A stretch of 64,000 bases of DNA from NCBI GenBank assembly GCA_965203295.1, contig CBDBCZ010000016.1, positions 192,001-256,000 on the forward strand. Reading direction: 5' to 3'. Position 1 is the first letter of the stretch. Every line of letters starts with the position of its first letter. Origin of the DNA: Nitrospirales bacterium (GTDB taxonomy: Bacteria; Nitrospirota; Nitrospiria; Nitrospirales; UBA8639). Below, piece after piece: positions 55,669 to 64,000 of this stretch. A program made the translations under genes and the position numbers. A model generated the notes under the pieces. It was not told the origin of the DNA. It did not search any database and was given only the letters and a program-made list of their open reading frames with translations.

Positions 55669-58600
55669 CATAGATAATAGAAAAAACGTAGGGATTGGAA
55701 ACGCAATAATTTACAGATTTTATGCGCGGTTCGCTTCTCCGTATACTTCTCCGTATTTCTGCAGAATAGACCAGACATGAGTGAAGTGCGCTTAGCTATA
55801 CAGAGTAGTATTCTCAAGGACGGCGTGTTTGGTTACAAGTCTGCACGATCTGAGAATGTGAAGAGGCTGGCCAAGCTCGTACTGGAAGCTACTGCAACTG
55901 ATGATGTAAAGGGCCGTACATTTGAGACCTTTAGAATAGTGGTGCTTTTATGCTGATATTCCATTTAACATTTACTATTAACCTCACCAGGGCAGAATGG
56001 GTGGGAGGTTTCGTCTTAGTGTTAAAAAGTGTTAAGGTTGAAGAAGCCACTATCATCGGTCATCTCTATCAAACTGACCAAGGAACATCATCTCGTTGCC
56101 CATGAGCTCTACCTTACATGTCCAGCCTTTGAGCAGGCCCTCTCCTCCAGCTCTGAGGATCCACCACCAGCTCTAGCAAAGATGGTCATGGTATGCATGG
56201 TGCGAGGCTTTTTCACCAAGCTGCAGTTCGTATGTGCTCAGTCTCCATGCAGCCAGGTGAGTGGAAGCATGCAAGCTCTACAACTCGTTCTGGGAGGCTG
56301 TAAAAACTGTGGCCTGAAGGTACATATGTCAGGTCGTTTGTGCACACTTCTGAAACTAAGACTGTATCCATTCTGTGCTAGGTTCTTGGAGCAACACTGG
56401 ACGGTAGTTCTGTCAACCGTCGGCTCATCCAGTTGCACAACCTAAAAGCTGCGCTCGTCTACAAGACCCCTAATCCCTTCACCTCGGAGTCCAGGCCTCT
56501 TCTCCGACCCACCTCATCTAAGGAAGACCACTAGAAATTGCATGGCGCTAAATGCCAGATCACTGTGGAGGTGTTAGTGACTAGGAGCTACATCTGGTGG
56601 TTCATACTATGTGAATAATGCTCAACTCTATTTAGTGCACATATAGCTCAACTCAAGATGAGAGTTGACCTCACCACACAAGTAGTGGTTATCAGAAAAG
56701 TCTTAATAGCATTGAAAATGTATCACAATGCCTATTTTGTCCAGACGTTGAGTGAGTCGGTCTCAAATGCTCTTAAACTGACTGGAGGGAATTCTGACAG
56801 CCAAGAGACAGCCAAGTCTGTGAAGTTGATGGACAAGTTCTTTGACTGCATATATGCACACAATTTCTCCCACGGTGTTCAAGCCCACAAACCTTTCCAA
56901 ATACCATATGCGTAAAAGTGGGAAGAATATGAGATTTCAGGTTTGTGGGTACAGACAATTGTGTAGGCTCATCACTAGAACTGTACAGAATAGGGTGGAG
57001 CCTGCATAGTATCTTTTCAATATGCACAATTAACTTATTTAAATTTTGTGTGGGGTCGGGGGTTATGTGATGTCAACACCCTTCAGGGTGTTGTGTGATG
57101 TATGTTTGGTGTGTCTTGATGGCTGGGTGAAATCGGTGGATGGGCTGATCATGAGTTCTCTAAAGCGATGATGTTGAGGTCTGAAACAAGACTTGGTTGG
57201 AGAGTGGCAAGATAATTCTGCACACAGTCGCGCTATTATGATACTAGCCTTCTTTCACGCGCAGCCCACTCCTTCATTAAACTAGCGGAGTATGTCTTCA
57301 TGCTACCCGATGTTAGTGTATTCCTTAGTCAAAGGATCCCGCAAGACCCCCTCGAGAACTTCCTTGGATGCCAGCGACAGTGGGGTGGGACGCACAACAA
57401 CCCTAGTGTTCAAGTGTTCAAGAATTTCAAAAGAACACGTAGGCTCTTCGGGTCGCCAACTCTTGGGCAAGGTCGTGTGAAGGGCAACTGTAAGGCTTCA
57501 AGGTCATTGACAAAGTGTTGGAAACGGAAAAGCACAGATTACCAAAATGTACACCATCTCAAAGAAGGAGATAACTTAATTTTAAATTGTGTGTACACAA
57601 TGTATTGGTAAAATGTTATTGAATGCACAACACGCACAGAACTAGTCGCGTGCCCAGCCCCATATTAGAAAGGTGGGTTTGGCTCCCTGTATATTCAGAG
57701 TTGGGGCAGCATTACATCAGCAGTCCCAGACATGGACCGGCAATGCAATTGGTTGATTATAACATCACTAAATGGTTGCAGTATCCGTAGTAGTGGCCAC
57801 ACAGACACTGTCACTGTAGCTGTGACATCCATTAGTGTTGTAATATGACGTAACGCTAACCCAACTTTGAATACACGGGAAGCCAGACCCACCTTGGGGC
57901 TGGGCACAAGACTTATAGAGAACATGTGAGTTTGTTCTTAGCAACAAACAGAAAACAAGTTTTAAAGTTATGTTGTAGAACTGCTCAATAAGTCCCTTTC
58001 GAAGTCCCTTTGTCTGATTGTCTTTAATATGCGGCTGGTTATGTGTTATGTGGAAAAGCTGAAGCAGTCCTGCCAACTCACTGAAACATCAGCTTTTGTT
58101 GTGCCTCTGTGATCTACTAGATGATGGGAATGACGGTCATATATCCACCGAGGAATGGTTAGATCTGGACGAAGGAGGGCTGACATGTGTCAGTGATATG
58201 GCATTTCTGACATTTTTGGCAATGGAACTTGAACTCCGTAAAAATCTAAACTCTCAACATACCCTAAATCTCAAGACTTGCAAATGAAGTTGTTGCATTC
58301 TATTGGTCGGTCCTGTCAAGTGACTGGGAAGAGGCAGAAAGCCTAGCACTGCTTGAGCTCATTGTATCTCACAATCAGAGGGGTTCATTATGGTAGTGCT
58401 ATGCCCTTACAGTAGCACATGCGTCAGTGTGTCAGTGATATTAGCGACTGTTGGTAAAGTGCAGCTTCGACTGCCACTTCCTGCTTGACAAATAGAAAGC
58501 TCGAGATCTTCTTGATAAGGCTCTCAAAAATACCATCTCCAACAGACTGCCAGAAGATCGGGTGATCTGGTGTCCCAAGGCTTAGGAATACCAAAATGTA

Positions 58601-59020
58601 CTAAAAAAACGCAGAAGCTGGTGATAGTTACTCCATGTCCACTCTCTTCTCGTTTGAATGGATTTATACCTGCCACTTACTGCAATGCCATTCTGGAGTT
58701 GGTGGACACAAGATCCTGCAAACGTTTCTGCCACAGCAACATAGTGGATTCTTTCAGCCACTGAAACATAGCTTGTCCAACTTGCAGGACTTCTGCAGCA
58801 ATGCTAGACTCCAGTTTGAAACTTCCACCCCCTAATACTGCCCTTCGAGAGCGAAAAACAGATGGCTGAAAGCTGAATAAAATGCCAGAATAGCAAGTGA
58901 ATATCAGACCATCCACATAACAGTTTAAGCAAGTTGCCGTCACGGTCTGTAGCCATACTTCAAGCATAGAAAGCAGAGTAGAAGTGTTGTGGACGTGATT
59001 TAATCCAAATAATAATACAT
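55669..59020 (+). mobile_element. Second, diverged and decayed two-gene P-like element
   Basis: Left TIR CATAGATAATAGA..GGGATTGGAAACG at 55669; transposase remnants (PALAKMVMVCMVRG, MRVDL, LSESV...MDKFFDC, QDPLENFLG.QRQ.GGTHNNPS); ORF2 remnants 57990-58900; right TIR not found. Confidence 0.8.
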
Positions 59021-59637
59021 TACCGTAGTGACTGGTTGATAAGCGCATGCGCCTATCGTAGTCAGCAGTAAGAAACCGTGCGCTTATTAGCCGGTATGCG
59101 CTTATTAGCAATGATTACGCAAGCGCTTGCTAGCGGTAATCGCGGCACCTGGTATGAGTTATCGGTATTAGTATCGCCGTGTGGATATTGGCAATGGCGA
59201 GCGCGAGTCTGACAGATGAAGATGACGTGTACCTGCACGAGAGTGTTGTGCGCGGCCACCATATCTATAAGAGAGTGTGGTCCCCTATTATTGGCAAGGT
59301 ACTTTTACGCGAGGAGGAGAGTGAACATGATCGGTTTGCTGCGTGCCATTTGAAGCCTAGAGCGGTGAAAGTAGGCACGTCCCTCGAGAACTGTAGCGTA
59401 AGATTTGGCACTTTTTAAGGCACGGTTGGGTTACAGGTGCTTCTGCGCATGCCATCTCGATCTTGATCTCCAGCTCACTCACAAAAACAGTACTGACTTT
59501 GACCTTTCGGCGATTTTAGCACGTGTAAAAAGAGCATGCGCCAATTAACTAATACACAATGAGCGGAAGGAAGTATGCGCTTGTTATAAAACATGCGCCT
59601 AATAGCTGTGTGCGCTTATTAACCGGTCACTACGGTA
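59021..59637. mobile_element. pogo/Tc1-type element carrying a HIRAN-like fragment
   Basis: TA-CCGTAGTGACTGGTTGATAAGCGCA / TGCGCTTATTAACCGGTCACTACGG-TA TIRs; internal HESVVRGHHIYKRVWSP...EHDRFA. Confidence 0.75.
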
Positions 59638-59851
59638 TGCCGACGCTCCAAATCTCGATAGGCAAACCGTTCCAAATAATGCCGACATTCAGAATTATTA
59701 ACTTTTAATTGCACAACATTTTTGATGACGAGAAGGTGTGATTAGGTACTAATTGGCACAGTTTCCAATCCCGGGGAAGGAGGTATATTGTCAGCAGTAA
59801 AATGATATTGGAATGAGACAGTGCAACTTGATGTGCATGTACTATAAAGTA

Positions 59852-60454
59852 CAGGGGCGCCGGAACCGGTCCGGCAGGTCCGGCGGTCGCCGGACCAATG
59901 TTCACGCCGAGTTTACGTCATGGTGACGTCTTGTTAGCGTTTACTAATAATAAATAGCAGTTGCTGGTCATTTGTCGAACTGGATTCTGCTGCTGAGCGT
60001 ACTGTGAAGACTCACGTTAGTCTGGACTGAACAAGTCGCGGGCATGGGAACGAGGCTAAGTCTGGCCCACGAGACAACGGCACGGCCGGCCACGTCAATT
60101 GAACTTTCGTCGAGGCTCCGCCCTTTATTGAATGGGAGGGGCTGAAGCGCGAGCGCATTAGCCACGTATTAAACACTGTATATACGTATACCACGTGGGG
60201 TTGTGCGACTGGTATTTCACTTCTGGAGATTATTTCGGATGTTTGAGGTAATGCTATCTACGTTTCGGCAGTAATGATTCGCAGAGACTTCATGTGAGCC
60301 ATTCCTAACCTTTTTCAAAAGCACAATTACAAAAATTTCCGCGCTTCGCGCGGGGGCCTGCTATTATCAACGCTGTGTTTGTTAGCCTCGTTCCCATAGG
60401 TCTGGGCTAGTGTTTGTCAGCCGGACCAAAGCTAAAGTGCTTCCGGCGCCCCTG
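59852..60454. mobile_element. Non-autonomous hAT-like element with 5-bp TSD
   Basis: 14-bp TIR CAGGGGCGCCGGAA / TTCCGGCGCCCCTG; AAGTA duplicated at 59847-59851 and 60455-60459. Confidence 0.8.
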
Positions 60455-61924
60455 AAGTAGCCACTTTATTTCTCTATAGCCCCATTTCTCTAATTGCAAC
60501 TATCCAGAAAGGTAAAGGTGCATGCACGTCCGCACAAACATATTCTCAACTAAACACACTAGTGTGGGACTCACTCACGCTCACCCAAGTAATTATTTAG
60601 TTTCACAAAAATCTACACAGATTGTAATAGTATTGCAACATACCTATCTAGCTTGTTCTCCATGACCTCCAGCCTCTCCTCCCTCAGAGTCCCACCCACT
60701 ACCTCACCAACAAGGGGTACCAGCAGATCAACAGAGGACACCTACAAGAGTCATTATAGTGACTATGGATCAACTATGCCATTGATCTCTAATAACTAAA
60801 AAAGCACTTTGCCAAAAAGTGCAAAAACAAGTCATGTAGGGATGCACTCCACCAACTGGAAACACTTCCCCAAAAACCAATGAAACAAGCGACAATGCAC
60901 ACCACAATGCATGCATAGACTACCCACACATCACAACGCAATGCATTTACCGCGTAGCTACCATCCCTACACAACACAACTCAACACAACGATGCAAGTT
61001 CGATGTTTATACGACGTGTCCTTCCTGAGATAGAGCTGTTTTACCTGATATCGTACACTAAAAGCTTCAGCATTATAAAGAAATCAAGACAATTAAATAG
61101 CTCTATCTCTCTCTATCTCGAGAACCATACATCATATGAACATTGGGCTTGCACCATTGTGCTGCTAAGTACCTGCACTTTCCAACAATATCTAAATCCT
61201 AGCGTTGGAGAGTGTTTTAGTGTCTCTACACAGAAAAAAATACGAAATTCACTATCCGATTATAGAGGGTGACACGGCTCTACATTCAATAGCACCCCTC
61301 AGTGCTCAAAGCAGCTACAATGGCGAAAAGTTGGAGTGCATCAGCATGGTAGTGGGGCTTTCCAATAATGAAGAAAGATCACCGAAAGTTGCTTCAGGGA
61401 GGAAACATGGAACGGTGTCCGACAATACATACTTTTGTCCGATCATAGCTGTGTCCGAATTTTAACTTTGGAAGGCTATAGCTCCAGAACCAAGCAACGG
61501 AGGAACACCAAACTTTCACCTCGAAGTGCGAAGGATCAGTACTAGCGATTGAAGCCCCCGCCCACTTCCGGTAATTTACGTACTCAGCGCTAGTGTGTCC
61601 GGATATACCTGGTGGCCGATCATCAGTGGCTTACTCTACTACATTGTGGTGTGTAATTGTAGTTGGTAAGTGGTATACATTACATGTAATATGATTTTGA
61701 GACCAAGTTATTATTGTAGTTGGGCTTAGTGGATAAGTTACCGCTTGTAGGTGGCTATAGGATTTAAACTGGACATTCTCTGCTTCTCAACTATTGCTAG
61801 TCTATTTACTCCTCAAAAGGTAGTGGCATTATAACATCTACACGTATAAGCAATGAACTTATAGCTCTTTGGTGGACCTTTGAAACGTTTCTTGCTGTTA
61901 CAAAAACAAATCCTGACATTTCAT

Positions 61925-62555
61925 TCTAAAAAACCAGCCAGGCACCTTTCCTGTACAATACACACAACTCAGTTTAGGCCAAGCTAACTGCAGCTGTAGA
62001 ACTACAAATTATAGTAACTAAGCTACAATAGGAATCCTGCAGAAACTGATAAACAATCGAATGCGGTACATTGAAAGTGCTGACTCGGCAATTTTGTTGT
62101 GCGCTTCCAGTTAGTAGCTATACGCCACGAAAATAGGATCTTTACAGTTGCCTACCAAGTTTTCACCATCTAGGCAACACAAGCAGGGTTCTGCCTAGGA
62201 GACGTTGAGAATTCAATCTCCAAGACACTTCTATATAACCAAACGGACTTTCTCCCATATTAAAAATACTGTAAATAGAGTTAAACATCAGCTGAGTGGT
62301 GGTCAAAAGGCTGAGTGGTGGTTAGACCCGACCACTGCTGACCAGTGTGGGCAGAACCCTGCACAAGTACCTTCATTTGCTGTAGCTTGGCCTGTAAACC
62401 TCCAAGCTGCTATATACTGCAGTTGCATAGTAATGTATGACGTAATATATTGCGCACGTGATAAGTGCGGACGCACAAACAGACAAACAAACAAACGTGG
62501 AAAACAAGCAATCTTAGGACCAGCCGTTCGTGTGATAGGCACGCTCCGGCCGGTA
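61925..62555 (+). repeat. Unclassified interspersed repeat, copy 2 (with a ~180-bp extra segment)
   Basis: Collinear with 43230-43702. Confidence 0.8.
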
Positions 62556-63187
62556 ATAACTACTGCTAGTTCAACAATTTGAAACCTGCTCTCCCCAAAA
62601 AGTAGTGATACTATATACATGTACATCTACTACATATAAGTTAAAACCTACTAGCAACATTCATAACTCTTTCGTGGACCTTGCAATTATTGCTGTTCAA
62701 AAAACTACACATCCACTTAAATTATACATTCTCACACAGGGAGAGGCTACAGGACATTTCTTCATCTAACTATTGCTAGTCCAACTGACCAAAAAGCAAC
62801 ACTCCAGCTCTTTGGGGGACCTTGCAAAGCTATTCAATAAACTACATGTACACAGCGCAAGCTGTTGTGTCCTCAGCTATAGGATTTCATTTCGGCAGTT
62901 CTGTTGTTAGTCCAACAAACGTTCATAAAACTACACAACCACTTTTGTTTTGCATCCTAGAGGGAGGGCTACAGAATTTAATCTGCTTCTAGTCCAATAA
63001 ACTCCCCCAAAAAGTAGTGGCATAATATCTGCTAACCTAAAATTCTTAGCTCTTTGGTGGACAATGCAAATGTTTTCGTACTGTTCACAAAACTACACAA
63101 CCACTTTGAATTTGATTTCACACAAAAGAAGGGCAACAGGATTTATATGACACAGTTCTAATCAGCCCTTAACTGTTGCTGGTACTA

Positions 63188-63280
63188 TAGCCTTGTTTCC
63201 AGCCTCCGCTCCCCAGCTTTTTTTTACACATAGTACATGCGCAAAAAAAGCTGGGGAGTAGTGTTCTGGGAACAAGACTG
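63188..63280. mobile_element. Degenerate TAG-family hairpin MITE
   Basis: TAGCCTTGTTTCCAG...CTCCCCAGCTTTTTTT / AAAAAAAGCTGGGGAG...CTGGGAACAAGACT; related to 1961-2050. Confidence 0.65.
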
Positions 63281-64000
63281 GGGCTGGTACAACAAACCCT
63301 CTCAAAAAGTAGTGGCATTACGTCTACTAGTTAGCTAACCTAATAAACACTTAGCTTTTTAGTGGACCTTTCTAGCTGTTATAGAATTTGCGTCCTCACA
63401 AAGGGAGGGGCTGCAGGATTTAATCTAGAGATTTCTACCTCTAATTATTGCTAGCCCAACAAACTCCTCAAACATATAGTGGCAATACTTGTACAAACCT
63501 ATAAGCAACACTCTCTGCTCTTTGGAAGACCTTGAAAACTATACACAACCACTCATCTCGCAGAGAGAGGTCTGCAGCATTCAATCTTAGTCTACCTGAA
63601 ACTATTGCTGGTCCAACAAACTCAGGTATTACACCTGTACATCTACTACATGTACCTTAAAGCAACATTCTTAACTCATTGGTAGATCTTGCAAACATTT
63701 CTTGCTGCTCATAAAACTACTGAATTTGCATCCTCACAGAGGGAGGGGCATTTCTGCCTCTAAGGCCATTACGACTTAATTGCTTGTTTCGCGTAAAAAG
63801 GCTTACAATCGGGTGGGTGGGTCGGTGGGTCGGTCGGTCGGTTGATGTAACGTATACAATTACGTCACCAGTTTCCAACCTGTGTCAGCTGTGTGTGCAT
63901 ACTGTTACAGCGTGCTGTCTATAGAGCAGCGAAGATTGTTATAGGTTTGTGTATAATTTTGCACAGTTTTGTACTGCCCAGCATTGTTTCGTATGCATTT

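Larger units (their letters stand above)
61740..63760. repeat. Degenerate tandem array (~170-210-bp units) interrupted by insertions
   Basis: Recurring TATTGCTAGTCCAACAAACTC...AAAAGTAGTGGCA...CTCTTTGGTGGACCTTG...AAACTACACAACCAC...GGGAGGGCTACAGGATT about 7-8 times. Confidence 0.75.

Noticed and set aside
59660..59700. CCGTTCCAAAT as the right TIR of the second P element
   Set aside because: Too short a match; lacks the TCTATTATCTATG end and any TSD

Overview
Intron-rich animal genomic DNA; the repeat vocabulary and short introns suggest a non-bilaterian such as a demosponge (inference). Three host genes splice cleanly by hand: CCDC134 (-, 7 exons, 24694-34732), beta-sarcoglycan-like SGCB (+, 5 exons, 35068-36663, head-to-head with CCDC134) and DCTN3 (+, 2 exons, 40109-44127). 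The first ~20 kb is a rearranged, triplicated and apparently disabled coiled-coil (FHAD1-like) gene, with a Gypsy LTR fragment and a CACTG-ended element holding a ~180/360-bp tandem array at the breakpoints. The rest is dense in transposons: a LINE inserted into its own family member, piggyBac/pogo/hAT-type MITEs, a tRNA-Thr-containing repeat, and many TAG...CTA hairpin elements with 8-9-bp TSDs (AcademH-like, down to 20 bp). The most notable feature is a 5.0-kb P-superfamily element (49351-54371; perfect 36-bp TIRs, 7-bp TSD). Its spliced transposase stops just after the DDE core, while the motifs of the normal P C-terminal domain sit in a separate, convergent, intronless ORF. A second, diverged and decayed element (from 55669) has the same two-gene layout, suggesting a lineage of split P elements.
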